IMG/VR virus record: IMGVR_UViG_3300032219_002227 | Span: 1 to 64,000 of that record | DNA length: 64,000 nucleotides | Origin: a virus | Taxonomy: Duplodnaviria > Caudoviricetes | Direction: 5' to 3' (one strand) | Shown: piece by piece, positions 20,452 to 30,590 of the stretch | How the letters are laid out: every line of letters starts with the position of its first letter | Numbering within the stretch: position 1 is the first letter of the stretch | Translations under genes and position numbers: made by a program | Notes under the pieces: generated by a model | Told to the model about the DNA's origin: nothing | Seen by the model: the letters and a program-made list of their open reading frames with translations, nothing else | Database searches by the model: none

Positions 20452-21118
20452 GAAGATACATGACAGGTCTTCACCTATTAATTAACCGCATACCTTAGGG
20501 ATGCACAAATAAAAATAAAATGAGTAAAACTACAGACGTGTTCGTAGTAACGAATGCAAACAGCACATTAACAGGCGGACTTACCTTAACAGGAGGCGCT
20601 TATAGTACAAACACTTATAACACAGGAGGTTATATTACTAATAGCCTCGTTAATTACCCCACTTATAATGACTTTTGGAAATTTGATGAAGAATTTGATC
20701 TTCTTTGGAAATCATTCTTCTCAAATGAAGGCTACAGACCAATCAAAGAAAAAGTAGCAGGCGTACCTTGCGACATCCAAGAAACAGATAATGGTCTACG
20801 TATTGAACTCGCAGCAGTAGGCCTTGAAAAATCAGATATTGATATTATTGTTGATTCAGAAACACTTCGTGTTGCTTATCGTAAGAATGATAAGGAAGAG
20901 GAAGCAGATAAGAATGAGTACAGATATCTATTACGCTCAATTAAAAAATCAAGTTTTGATCTTGCTTGGAAAATTTCAAGCAAATATGAATTAGCTAAAT
21001 TAGAAGCTAAATTAGAAAAAGGATTATTAACTTTGGATATTCCATTTGCAAAGGAAAATAAACCAACAAAGGTTACGATTAAATAAGTTTTGAAAACCGA
21101 AGACCTGTCATTATCTTC
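20452..21118. repeat. Inverted repeat pair enclosing hsp20
   Basis: GAAGATACATGACAGGTCTTC (20452-20472) and GAAGACCTGTCATTATCTTC (21099-21118): 20 bp plus one bulged C. Confidence 0.9.
20520..21086 (+). CDS. Small heat-shock protein (Hsp20)
   Basis: DIQET, ELAAVGLEKSDIDI, AKLEKGLLTLDIP, C-terminal VTI. Confidence 0.9.
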   Translation: MSKTTDVFVVTNANSTLTGGLTLTGGAYSTNTYNTGGYITNSLVNYPTYNDFWKFDEEFDLLWKSFFSNEGYRPIKEKVAGVPCDIQETDNGLRIELAAVGLEKSDIDIIVDSETLRVAYRKNDKEEEADKNEYRYLLRSIKKSSFDLAWKISSKYELAKLEAKLEKGLLTLDIPFAKENKPTKVTIK

Positions 21119-21123
21119 ATTTT

Positions 21124-21315
21124 ATGGAAACATTAGTTATACAAAAAGAAGCAAACTGGGATAGGATTGCTTATTTGAAACTAGTAAATGATAAAGTAGT
21201 ATTTGATGATTCATGGGAAGAATATGGTCCTGTTGAATTTGATTTATCAATATTAGAAGAAGCAATTTTAAAACATAAACAAAAAATAGAAAATGAAAAT
21301 AAAACCACTGCATAA
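21124..21315 (+). CDS. Hypothetical protein
   Basis: ORF directly after a promoter-like element. Confidence 0.65.
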   Translation: METLVIQKEANWDRIAYLKLVNDKVVFDDSWEEYGPVEFDLSILEEAILKHKQKIENENKTTA

Positions 21316-21583
21316 TCACATTGTGATTAAACAACAAGACGAGACAGAAACAATGTATGGAAACATTGTAGTACCTGATATGGGTAAAGAAAAACCACTT
21401 ATGGGTGAAGTAGTAGCTGTAGGACCTGGAATGTATACAATTACAGGAACTTGGATTGATACTAATGTTCGAAAGGGTGAAATTGTAGTATTCCCAGCTT
21501 TTGGAGGAACTAAAATGACTGTTGAAGGTGAAGAATACATTGTAATGAAAGAACAAGATTTGTTAGCAATTTTAGAAAAATAA
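21293..21583 (+). CDS. groES: Co-chaperonin GroES
   Basis: MKIKPL, GEVVAVGPG, EQDLLAIL. Confidence 0.95.
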   Translation: MKIKPLHNHIVIKQQDETETMYGNIVVPDMGKEKPLMGEVVAVGPGMYTITGTWIDTNVRKGEIVVFPAFGGTKMTVEGEEYIVMKEQDLLAILEK

Positions 21584-21586
21584 TAT

Positions 21587-23197
21587 ATGAGTAAAATAAT
21601 TAAATTTGATCGCGACGCAAAAGAAAAACTACAGACCGGTATTAAAAAAGTACACGATGCTGTAACGGTTACAATGGGTCCTTTTGGACGTAATGTATTA
21701 ATTGAAAAAGAACATGGACAAGTAGCCTCAACTAAAGATGGTGTTACTGTTGCTAAAACCATTACATTGGAAGATCCAATCGAAAATATGGGTGCAACTG
21801 TAATTAAACAAGCAGCATCTAAAACAGTTGACCAAGCAGGTGATGGTACAACTACATCTACATTGTTGGCTTATAGTATTGCTAATCAAGCACTTGAATT
21901 GACTTCAAAACCATCAGTTAATGTTACTCAAGTAAAATATGGTATTGAAGCTGCTGTTAGGAATATTGTTAGTGAACTTAAATCAATGTCTGTAGACATT
22001 ACTGATGAAAAGCAAATCAAACAAATTGCTACACTCTCAGCTAATGGTGACGGAGAAATTGGAGAATTAGTAGCTACAGCTATCGATAAAGTAGGCAGAG
22101 ATGGTATTGTAACAGTAGAAGAATCACGTTCAGGTGAAACATCACTTGAAGTAGTAGAAGGTCTTCAATTTGACCGCGGTTACAAATCACCTTATATGGT
22201 GACCGATAACAATACAATGCAAGCAGTACTTACAGATGCTTCTATTTTGTTATATGATGGTAGAATTAGCACTATAAAAGATCTATTACCTATACTTGAA
22301 CGTATCTCCTCAGACAATAAATCATTATTGATTGTAGCTGAAGATATTGATGGAGAAGCACTTTCAACACTCATTGTAAATAAAATGAGAGGTATCTTAA
22401 AAGTAGTAGCTGTTAAAGCACCTGATTTTGGAGATCGTAGAACACTTATTCTTGAAGATATTGCTATTGTAACAGGCGGTACTGTAATTTCACCACAAAA
22501 AGGAATGAAATTAGATAAGTTTAATATGTCTTGGTTAGGTACTGCTAGAACTGTTACGGTAGGCAAAGATACAACTACGATCGTTGATGGTAAAGGCGAA
22601 ACTGAAAAAATTGATGCTCGTATTAATGAATTAAAAGCTCAAATTGATACTAATAATTCACCATATGAAGTAGAACGTTTACAAGATCGTTTAGCTAAGA
22701 TTGTAGGTGGTGTAGCTATTATTAATGTTGGTGGTGGTACTGAAGTTGAAATGAAAGAAAGAAAAGATCGTATTGATGATGCACTCCAAGCAACTAAAGC
22801 TGCACTTGAAGAAGGTATTGTACCTGGTGCTGGTATGGCTTTATTTAATGCTAGAAATGCTATTAATAATAGAGATAATAGTGATTCTGGATTAGGTGGT
22901 CAAATTGTATTTAAAGCATGTTCAACTCCACTTAATAAAATTTTAACTAATGCTGGTGAAGATTATTACGAATGGGTTTCAATTCTAAAAGATAGAAATG
23001 CTGTTCCTGATATTGTAGGAGACAGAACAGTAGATGCTTTCAAATCAGGTATTATCGATCCAACTAAAGTAGTACGTTGTGCACTTGAAAATGCAGCTGC
23101 AGCCGCCACTACATTATTGATGACAGAATGTGTTATTTATAATAAACAAGAAGATAAGAAAAAAGAAGAGATTGATATGGCAGGATTTGGAATGTAA
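21587..23197 (+). CDS. groEL: Chaperonin GroEL
   Basis: TMGPFGRNV, TKDGVTVAK, AGDGTTT, FDRGY, KAPDFGDRR, GIIDPTKVVR. Confidence 0.97.
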   Translation: MSKIIKFDRDAKEKLQTGIKKVHDAVTVTMGPFGRNVLIEKEHGQVASTKDGVTVAKTITLEDPIENMGATVIKQAASKTVDQAGDGTTTSTLLAYSIANQALELTSKPSVNVTQVKYGIEAAVRNIVSELKSMSVDITDEKQIKQIATLSANGDGEIGELVATAIDKVGRDGIVTVEESRSGETSLEVVEGLQFDRGYKSPYMVTDNNTMQAVLTDASILLYDGRISTIKDLLPILERISSDNKSLLIVAEDIDGEALSTLIVNKMRGILKVVAVKAPDFGDRRTLILEDIAIVTGGTVISPQKGMKLDKFNMSWLGTARTVTVGKDTTTIVDGKGETEKIDARINELKAQIDTNNSPYEVERLQDRLAKIVGGVAIINVGGGTEVEMKERKDRIDDALQATKAALEEGIVPGAGMALFNARNAINNRDNSDSGLGGQIVFKACSTPLNKILTNAGEDYYEWVSILKDRNAVPDIVGDRTVDAFKSGIIDPTKVVRCALENAAAAATTLLMTECVIYNKQEDKKKEEIDMAGFGM

Positions 23198-23217
23198 ATT
23201 TAAGAAAATAATAAGTT

Positions 23218-24138
23218 ATGAAGCAACATTCGCTTTGGATTGAAAAATATAGATCTCAAACATTAGAACAATACGTCGGAAATGATGCGGTTAAAAACCG
23301 CATCTCCGACTGTATTAGTAAAAATGATATACCACATTTTATCTTTACAGGTACTGCAGGTACAGGTAAAACAACTATTGCAAAGCTATTAGTTAAAAAT
23401 CTTAGTTGCGATTATCTTTATATTAATGCTAGTGATGAAAATGGTATTGATATTATTAGGGATAAAGTAAAAACATTTGCTTCTACATCATCATTTAAAC
23501 CACTTAAAGTAATTATATTAGATGAAGCAGATTTCTTAACACACGCCGCTCAAGCTGCACTTCGAAATATAATTGAGGAATATTCAATTAGTACTCGTTT
23601 TATTTTGACTTGTAACTATATTGAACGTTTAATTGAACCACTCCAATCACGTTGTGAAATTCATATTCTAAAACCACCAACTAAAGGTGATGTTGCAAGA
23701 CATATTTGCACTAATATTCTTGATGTTGAAGAAATCAAATACAATATTCAAGATGTTGCTTTACTTATTAAAGAATACTATCCTGATATTCGCTCAGTTA
23801 TTAAGTATTTGCAAGCCGGAATAGTAGAAGGTGAATATAAATGGATAGCTCTTAATACTACTTGGACTAAACAATTAGTAGAAATACTTAAAAAACGAGA
23901 TAAAGATGCTTGGTATCAAGTACGCCAATTAGTAGCTGATAGTCAAGTAGATGATTTTCAAATAGCTTATAGTTATATGTTTGAAGTATTATCTGAATTT
24001 AGCCATGGAAATGACGCCCAAATATCAGTTATATTAGATGAATATAGTTGGAGAGCAAATGTAATACCAGATAAAGAAATTAATTTTGCCGCTGCAATAT
24101 CTAGAATATTAGAAACAAATAAAAAACAAGTAATATGA
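23218..24138 (+). CDS. Clamp loader AAA+ subunit (RFC / T4 gp44-like)
   Basis: WIEKYR, GTAGTGKTT, INASDE, ILDEAD, LQSRC. Confidence 0.93.
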   Translation: MKQHSLWIEKYRSQTLEQYVGNDAVKNRISDCISKNDIPHFIFTGTAGTGKTTIAKLLVKNLSCDYLYINASDENGIDIIRDKVKTFASTSSFKPLKVIILDEADFLTHAAQAALRNIIEEYSISTRFILTCNYIERLIEPLQSRCEIHILKPPTKGDVARHICTNILDVEEIKYNIQDVALLIKEYYPDIRSVIKYLQAGIVEGEYKWIALNTTWTKQLVEILKKRDKDAWYQVRQLVADSQVDDFQIAYSYMFEVLSEFSHGNDAQISVILDEYSWRANVIPDKEINFAAAISRILETNKKQVI

Positions 24139-24368
24139 GTCAAGAACAAATGAATTTAAATATCACATTAGACAAAACTACAGCAGCTGAATGTGACCAA
24201 TGTAAAAATGAAGTATTCATTGAAGGAGTAATGCTCCGTAAAGCATCTCGTTTTATCACCGGTACTGCTCAAGATGCAGTAATTCCAATTCCTGTATTTA
24301 CCTGTAGTAAATGCGGTTATGTAAATGAAGAATTTCTTCCGTCACAATTAAGAAAACAAGCTGAGTAA
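24135..24368 (+). CDS. Zn-ribbon protein
   Basis: CDQC...CSKCG. Confidence 0.7.
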   Translation: MSQEQMNLNITLDKTTAAECDQCKNEVFIEGVMLRKASRFITGTAQDAVIPIPVFTCSKCGYVNEEFLPSQLRKQAE

Positions 24369-24607
24369 TGTTTTTTAAAAAATATAAAATGACTATAGAA
24401 CATTTAAAGCAAGAAAATGATGCTCTTAAAGCTCAAATGGTAGGATTATCTAATAATCTTAGAATAACAGAAGAAAAGTTAAAAATGTATGAGATGCAAG
24501 TAGACCAACTACATAAACAAAATTTAAATTTAGTAGGTGAAGTAAAGCATCTTAATATGAAAATGTCTACTAACAGTAATAATCAAAACGATTCAAGATA
24601 TTATTAA
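24368..24607 (+). CDS. Coiled-coil hypothetical protein
   Basis: Heptad pattern, coupled stop/start. Confidence 0.65.
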   Translation: MFFKKYKMTIEHLKQENDALKAQMVGLSNNLRITEEKLKMYEMQVDQLHKQNLNLVGEVKHLNMKMSTNSNNQNDSRYY

Positions 24608-24978
24608 TGAATATATTTGATCATTTAAAAAATATTACTACAACAAAAGGTCCATACTTAGGTGATGAAGGTTGGAGCAACTGGATGATTAATCGTTATC
24701 TAAGTATGGATCCTGATTATTGTGACGTAGTTAATATAGTGCAAAAGAATACATTTATAATGAAGGGAGAGTATTTATATAATCTATATAAAGATCTTAT
24801 TCCTAAACAATATAAATTTCTTAAATACATTAAAGCTAAGAATAAAAAAGAATATAAAACTGATCAAGTAGAAGCAGTAGCTATTTATTTTGAAATTAGC
24901 AAATATGAAGCTAAAGAATACATTGATATGCTTCCTAAAGAAGAATTAGAAAATATATTAAATCAAATCAATGGGTAA
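24607..24978 (+). CDS. Clamp loader small subunit (T4 gp62-like)
   Basis: WMINRYLS...YFEIS..EAKEY pattern; near gp44-like gene. Confidence 0.65.
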   Translation: MNIFDHLKNITTTKGPYLGDEGWSNWMINRYLSMDPDYCDVVNIVQKNTFIMKGEYLYNLYKDLIPKQYKFLKYIKAKNKKEYKTDQVEAVAIYFEISKYEAKEYIDMLPKEELENILNQING

Positions 24979-25261
24979 GTATATAGACAGCTCAAAAGCA
25001 TATAGAGAATATTTAGTTGAAATGGAAAGACAACAAGAAGATACTCCTAAATTAGATTCAATTGTTACTTCAATTATAGGACAATTTAGAAGTCGTGCTG
25101 TTAAAGGTAAAGAAAAATATGGTGTTGATTTAGATCGTAATGATTTATCTTTATTAGAATGGATTGAGCATGCAAAACAAGAACATATGGATGCTATTTT
25201 ATACTTAGAAAAAATTAAACAAGAATTAATAATAAGTGGCAGCCAAGAAAAAATTATTTGA
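24971..25261 (+). CDS. All-alpha protein, possible MazG-like nucleotide hydrolase
   Basis: KGKEKYG..LDRNDL...WIEHAKQEHMDAILY. Confidence 0.45.
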   Translation: MGKYIDSSKAYREYLVEMERQQEDTPKLDSIVTSIIGQFRSRAVKGKEKYGVDLDRNDLSLLEWIEHAKQEHMDAILYLEKIKQELIISGSQEKII

Positions 25262-26183
25262 GATTGAATTAAAAATCAAAAATACTCAGTTACCAGAAAT
25301 AAATTATCAATTTTCTCGTAGTGTATCTTATTCTCAATATTCACTTTGGGCTTCATGTCCTCATAAGTGGTATCTTACTTATGTTGAGAATAAACAACCA
25401 TACCAAGCTAGTATTCATACTGTGTTTGGAACAGCATTCCATGAAACACTTCAATCATACATTACAACAATGTATAAGGAAAGTGGAGCGGCTGCTGATA
25501 AAATGGATCTTGAATCATTATTTCAAGAGCGATTTAGAGAAGTATATGCTAACGAATATAAAGCAGCAGGCGCTCACTTTACTGATGCTGAGCAAATGAG
25601 TGAATTTTTTGATGATGGTATTGATATATTAAGGTGGATTAAAGCAAGGAGAAATAAAATATTCACTATTCGTAGAATGAAGTTGTTGGGTATTGAATTA
25701 CCTTTACTCCTAAAAGTAGCAAATAACATCTATTACAAAGCATTTATCGATTTTGCTTTATATGATGAAGATCTAAATAAAGTTTACATATATGATATCA
25801 AAACATCAACACGCGGATGGGGCGACAGTGAGAAAAGAGACGATCAAAAAACTGCTCAAGTCTTACTATACAAAGAGTATTTCGCAAAGCAATTTGGATG
25901 GGATGTTGAACAAATCGAAGTCGAATTCTTCATTGTTAAGCGCAAGATCTATAAAGAAGCTGAATATCCAATTCCCAGGGTTCAATCCTTTAAGCCCGCT
26001 AGTGGAAAAACCAAACGAAGACAAACAATAGATAATTTTCAAGATTTTATTAAAGATTGTTTTGATGAGTTTGGTAAGCCGCATATAAAATCATATCTTA
26101 AAAATGTAGGTGAAAAATCATGTAAATGGTGTCCTTACAATAATAGTCAAGATCTTTGTGATAAAGTTACATTTTCTATATAG
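25236..26183 (+). CDS. PD-(D/E)XK nuclease (RecB/Cas4-like)
   Basis: SYSQ..CP, GTAFH, FIDF...YDIKT, C-terminal CKWCPY...C. Confidence 0.85.
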   Translation: MAAKKKLFEIELKIKNTQLPEINYQFSRSVSYSQYSLWASCPHKWYLTYVENKQPYQASIHTVFGTAFHETLQSYITTMYKESGAAADKMDLESLFQERFREVYANEYKAAGAHFTDAEQMSEFFDDGIDILRWIKARRNKIFTIRRMKLLGIELPLLLKVANNIYYKAFIDFALYDEDLNKVYIYDIKTSTRGWGDSEKRDDQKTAQVLLYKEYFAKQFGWDVEQIEVEFFIVKRKIYKEAEYPIPRVQSFKPASGKTKRRQTIDNFQDFIKDCFDEFGKPHIKSYLKNVGEKSCKWCPYNNSQDLCDKVTFSI

Positions 26184-26212
26184 ACGTATATATTTATATC
26201 AAATATATTATT

Positions 26213-26407
26213 ATGGGAAACAAAATGCAATTAACAAGTGTAAAAATCCCTGAAGATTTATTTGAGCAATTTAAAATTGCTTGTGTTAAATATAAATTTA
26301 GTGTTCAAAAATTAACAGAACGTTCAATGTATCTTTATTTAACAGATGATGAATTCAGAAAACAATTACACAATCAATTAGACACACAATTTACAGGAAG
26401 TATTTAA
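26213..26407 (+). CDS. Ribbon-helix-helix DNA-binding protein
   Basis: LTSVKIPEDLFEQFK; first gene of the glycan locus. Confidence 0.6.
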   Translation: MGNKMQLTSVKIPEDLFEQFKIACVKYKFSVQKLTERSMYLYLTDDEFRKQLHNQLDTQFTGSI

Positions 26408-26417
26408 AATTAGTTAC

Positions 26418-27878
26418 ATGAAAGAAGGTTATATTCCTCAAGCACAACGTAAAAAAATATTGTTACTATGCGATGATATTAGAATGACAAGTGGTATTTC
26501 TACTATGGCTCGTGAGATTGTAATAGGAACATCTCATCATCTTAATTGGGTAAATTTAGGAGGAGCTATTCAGCATCCGGACAAGGGTAAACGTTTTGAT
26601 CTTAATGCTGATACTAATAAATTAAACGGTATTGAAGATGCATTTGTTTATCTTTACCCTACTGACGGATACGGAACTCCAGAATTAGTCAAACAGATAA
26701 TAGACATTGAAAAACCAGATGCTATTATGTTCTTTACTGATCCTAGATATTGGACTTGGTTATTTCAAATTGAACATGAATTAAGAAAAAAATTACCTTT
26801 TATTTATCTTAATATTTGGGATGATTTGCCTTATCCAATGTATAATAAATCATTTTATGAATCATGTGATGCTTTATTTGCTATTTCTAAACAAACTGAA
26901 AACATTAATAAATGTGTATTAGGTTTAGATTTAGCAAAAGAAAAAATTATCAAATATGTTCCTCATGGTATAAATGAAGATGTATTTTTTCCTATTGATT
27001 CATTCCATACTGAATATTTAGCTTTACAAGATTTCAAAAATAAAATGTATAATGGAAAAGAATATAAATTCAATCTATTATACAATGCTAGAAATATTCG
27101 TCGCAAATCAGTTCCTGATTTGATGTTAGCATGGAAAATATTCATTGATGGATTAACAGAAGAACAAGCTAAAGAATGTGTATTTACTCTTCACACTCAA
27201 CCTATTGATGAAAATGGAACTGATCTTTATGCTGTGCAGCAGATGCTATTTGGTAATAATAAAAAGTATAATATAACATTCTCCACAGGTAGATATCCTG
27301 CCAACGTGATGAATTTACTTTATAATACAGCAGATATTACTGCTTTAATTAGTAGTAATGAAGGTTGGGGATTATCACTTACAGAAGCAATGATGTGTGG
27401 TAAGCCAATTATAGGTACAGTAACGGGTGGTATGCAAGATCAGATGAGATTTGAAGATGAAAATGGCAAATGGATTGAATTCACTGAAGAATTTGGCTCT
27501 AACCATAGAGGTAAATATAAAAAATCCGGCAAATGGGCCTATCCAGTATTTCCAAGCAATATTAGCTTGATTGGTTCTGTTCCTACTCCTTACATTTACG
27601 ATGATAGAGTTGATCCACATGATATAGCTAAACAAATTAGAGCTGCTTATGATACAAAAGTAAATGATTTTGATTTATATCAAGAACAATGTAAAGCAGC
27701 TCGCGAATGGGTTGTATCAGACGAATCAATGATGTCTGCAAAACAGATGTGTAAGAATGTTATTGACGGTATTAATGAAACCTTTGAAAAATGGGAACCA
27801 AGATATAACTTTGAATTCATACACGTAGAACCACTTGAACAACCTAAACATTTTGTAAAATTTCCTATAGCACAATAA
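26418..27878 (+). CDS. GT-B (GT4-like) glycosyltransferase
   Basis: VPHGI, RNIRRK, EGWGLSLTEAMMCGKP. Confidence 0.9.
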   Translation: MKEGYIPQAQRKKILLLCDDIRMTSGISTMAREIVIGTSHHLNWVNLGGAIQHPDKGKRFDLNADTNKLNGIEDAFVYLYPTDGYGTPELVKQIIDIEKPDAIMFFTDPRYWTWLFQIEHELRKKLPFIYLNIWDDLPYPMYNKSFYESCDALFAISKQTENINKCVLGLDLAKEKIIKYVPHGINEDVFFPIDSFHTEYLALQDFKNKMYNGKEYKFNLLYNARNIRRKSVPDLMLAWKIFIDGLTEEQAKECVFTLHTQPIDENGTDLYAVQQMLFGNNKKYNITFSTGRYPANVMNLLYNTADITALISSNEGWGLSLTEAMMCGKPIIGTVTGGMQDQMRFEDENGKWIEFTEEFGSNHRGKYKKSGKWAYPVFPSNISLIGSVPTPYIYDDRVDPHDIAKQIRAAYDTKVNDFDLYQEQCKAAREWVVSDESMMSAKQMCKNVIDGINETFEKWEPRYNFEFIHVEPLEQPKHFVKFPIAQ

Positions 27879-27879
27879 T

Positions 27880-29178
27880 ATGAAACCACTAGTTTTTATA
27901 AGCTGCCCAATCGATACATTTTCCGGTTATGGAGCTAGATCAAGAGATATTGCCTTATCTATTATAAAATCAAATAAATATAATGTTAAAATACTTCCTC
28001 AACGTTGGGGTAATACACCATTTGGTTTTTTAGATTCAAATAATCCCGATCATAAATTATTAATAGATTCAATTTGGCCTCAACCTCAACTTCCTAAACA
28101 ACCAGATTGTTGGATCCAAATTACTGTACCAAATGAATTCCAACCAGTAGGTAAATTCAACATCGGTATTACAGCTGGTATTGAAACTACATTATGTGCT
28201 CCACAATGGATTGATGGTGTTAATAAAATGGATTTGACATTAACATCATCTGAACATGCTAAAAAAGTATTTGAAGCTAGCACGTTCGAGGAAAAAAACA
28301 ATCAGACTGGACAAATAATGCGTAATATCAAATTAGAAAAACTAGTTGAAGTATTATTTGAAGGTGTTAATACAAACATTTATCAAAAATTAGATGCAGT
28401 AAACGACAGTGAAGTTTGGGATATTGTAAATGATATAAAAGAAGAATTTAATTATTTGTTTGTAGGTCATTGGTTACAAGGTGAAGTAGGACAAGATAGA
28501 AAAGATGTTGGTATGTTAGTTAAAACATTCCTTGAAACATTCAAAGATAAAAAACAACAACCTGGATTAATTCTTAAAGCATCTTCAGGTACTTACTCTA
28601 TTATGGATAGGGATAGTGTATTAGATAAAATCAGAAATATTCAACAATCAATAGAAGGAAAATTACCAAACATTTATTTAATACATGGTGAATTAAGTGA
28701 TGAAGAAATAAATGAATTATATAATCATCCAAAAGTAAAAGCACACGTTTCGTTTACTAAAGGTGAAGGATATGGAAGACCACTTATTGAAGCCTCAATC
28801 AGCCAAAAACCAGTAATTGCTCCAAACTATAGTGGACATTTAGATTTTTTACACCCAGAAATGTCAGTTCTTATTCCGGGTGAAATTAAACAAATTCATC
28901 CATCTTCTGTAGTACAAGATATGTTACTACCAGAAAGTGGTTGGTTTACAGTTGATTATGAAAAAGCATCTAATATACTTGAAGATGTTTATAAAAATTA
29001 TAAAAAGTATACTGACGGAGCTAAAAAACAAGCTTATCGTTCACGTACTGAATTTAATTTAGATAAAATGGCTGAAAAAATTGTTTCAATTTTGGATAAT
29101 AAAATACCAAAACCAATTGAACTTAAACTTCCTCAACTAAAGAAAATTGAATTACCTAAACTTAAAAAGGTAGACTAA
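27880..29178 (+). CDS. GT-B (GT4-like) glycosyltransferase
   Basis: SGYG, DRK, KGEGYGRPLIEA. Confidence 0.88.
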   Translation: MKPLVFISCPIDTFSGYGARSRDIALSIIKSNKYNVKILPQRWGNTPFGFLDSNNPDHKLLIDSIWPQPQLPKQPDCWIQITVPNEFQPVGKFNIGITAGIETTLCAPQWIDGVNKMDLTLTSSEHAKKVFEASTFEEKNNQTGQIMRNIKLEKLVEVLFEGVNTNIYQKLDAVNDSEVWDIVNDIKEEFNYLFVGHWLQGEVGQDRKDVGMLVKTFLETFKDKKQQPGLILKASSGTYSIMDRDSVLDKIRNIQQSIEGKLPNIYLIHGELSDEEINELYNHPKVKAHVSFTKGEGYGRPLIEASISQKPVIAPNYSGHLDFLHPEMSVLIPGEIKQIHPSSVVQDMLLPESGWFTVDYEKASNILEDVYKNYKKYTDGAKKQAYRSRTEFNLDKMAEKIVSILDNKIPKPIELKLPQLKKIELPKLKKVD

Positions 29179-29573
29179 TGAAAGAATCACTTGGAACTTG
29201 TCCTAAATGTAATGGTAACGCTTGCCACGAAGCATCAAATGAAAAATTCACTGTATGGAGTTGTTTTGGGTGTGGATTTACAGCCAATACTACTACAGTA
29301 GATGAAAATCTAGAGAATATTGAAGGAGTAATGCCTCAACTTTATATTGATTTAAAATTTAAAGATGATAAAGGATATAATTGGTATCCATCAACAGTAA
29401 TTTTAGATGATAAAGCAATGGTATTTGCTGATGGTAAATCAACTGAAGATTGGAAATGGGCCGGTATTCAATCTAAAGATGGAAAAGCAGATATGTCAAC
29501 TATAAAACATTTTGAAGAAAAAGAATTTATAGAAGCTTTAGATTACATAGATTTCTTTACTAAACAAAAATAA
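29178..29573 (+). CDS. Zn-ribbon hypothetical protein
   Basis: CPKC...CFGCG. Confidence 0.7.
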   Translation: MKESLGTCPKCNGNACHEASNEKFTVWSCFGCGFTANTTTVDENLENIEGVMPQLYIDLKFKDDKGYNWYPSTVILDDKAMVFADGKSTEDWKWAGIQSKDGKADMSTIKHFEEKEFIEALDYIDFFTKQK

Positions 29574-29577
29574 TGTT

Positions 29578-30189
29578 ATGCCTTCAATTAGTTATGCAAT
29601 CACAGCTTGTAATGAACATGTTGAATTAGAACGTTTATTGGATCATTTAAACGATTGGGTTAGAGAAGGAATTGATGAAATTGTAGTCCAATTAGATACT
29701 ACTGCTACTGAAGAAGTAAAACAAGTAATATTTAAATATCCTGATCTAATTGTTACTGCATTTCCACTTGCAGGTGACTTTGCTCAGTTTAAAAACAATC
29801 TAAAAAACTACTGTACTAAAGATTATATCTTTCAGATAGATGCTGATGAGAATCTCTCCCAAAACCTAATACTTCATCTTCCAGAAATACTAGAACTTAA
29901 TCCTGAAATTGAATTATTTGCTGTTCCTAGAATTAATACAGTAAAAGGGTTAACTTCAGAACATATTAATAAATGGGGGTGGTATATTAATGAAAAAGGT
30001 TGGATTAATTATCCTGATTATCAAACACGTATACTTAAAAATATACCTGAAATAAAATGGATAAATAAAGTTCATGAGCGTTTAGTTGGTGCTAAAAATG
30101 GATCTCATTTACCTGAAGGATATGATTTGATTCATCCTAAAACAATAGAAAGACAAGAAAAACAAAACCAATTTTATAATACGTTATGA
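29578..30189 (+). CDS. GT2 glycosyltransferase
   Basis: ITACNE, QIDADE, PDYQTR, VHE. Confidence 0.88.
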   Translation: MPSISYAITACNEHVELERLLDHLNDWVREGIDEIVVQLDTTATEEVKQVIFKYPDLIVTAFPLAGDFAQFKNNLKNYCTKDYIFQIDADENLSQNLILHLPEILELNPEIELFAVPRINTVKGLTSEHINKWGWYINEKGWINYPDYQTRILKNIPEIKWINKVHERLVGAKNGSHLPEGYDLIHPKTIERQEKQNQFYNTL

Positions 30190-30590
30190 GCGACAGAAAG
30201 TATCTCCCAACATTAAGTGAACTAATCGACAGATTAAGTATTACACAATTGAAAGAAGTGTTTATTGTAGAACACAAAGCAGAATACGCAGCTGAAATAG
30301 CAGATATAGTGCATGATATTCAGCTACATCTAAATGAGAGTAAAGAACCTATTACTGCTGAAACAATTAGAGCAATTGTAGTATTATCCCAAATGAACTT
30401 ACATATTTGGCATAATGAATCAAACGTTAGATCAGGTAAATCAGGTCCAAATGCATTAGCATTAACTCATGGATTAAATGGTATTCGCAATACTGCTAAA
30501 AACCAAATTCAAGAGGTAATGGGTGGGCGTAAAGACTATAAAATTGACTGCTTAGCAGCTGACTTTAAAGATTGGGAAATATCATGGTAA
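30186..30590 (+). CDS. Helical hypothetical protein (DUF4254-like)
   Basis: ELIDRLSI..LK, N..IWH.E, N..RN. Confidence 0.55.
   Translation: MSDRKYLPTLSELIDRLSITQLKEVFIVEHKAEYAAEIADIVHDIQLHLNESKEPITAETIRAIVVLSQMNLHIWHNESNVRSGKSGPNALALTHGLNGIRNTAKNQIQEVMGGRKDYKIDCLAADFKDWEISW

Noticed and set aside
20452-21118. IS or MITE explanation for the inverted repeats
   Set aside because: No transposase in the window, no evident target-site duplication, and the two IR pairs are unrelated in sequence; DNA inversion cannot be fully excluded without reads
25236-26183. CRISPR-Cas system from the Cas4-like nuclease
   Set aside because: No repeat-spacer array or other cas genes seen; such nucleases are common in phage replication modules
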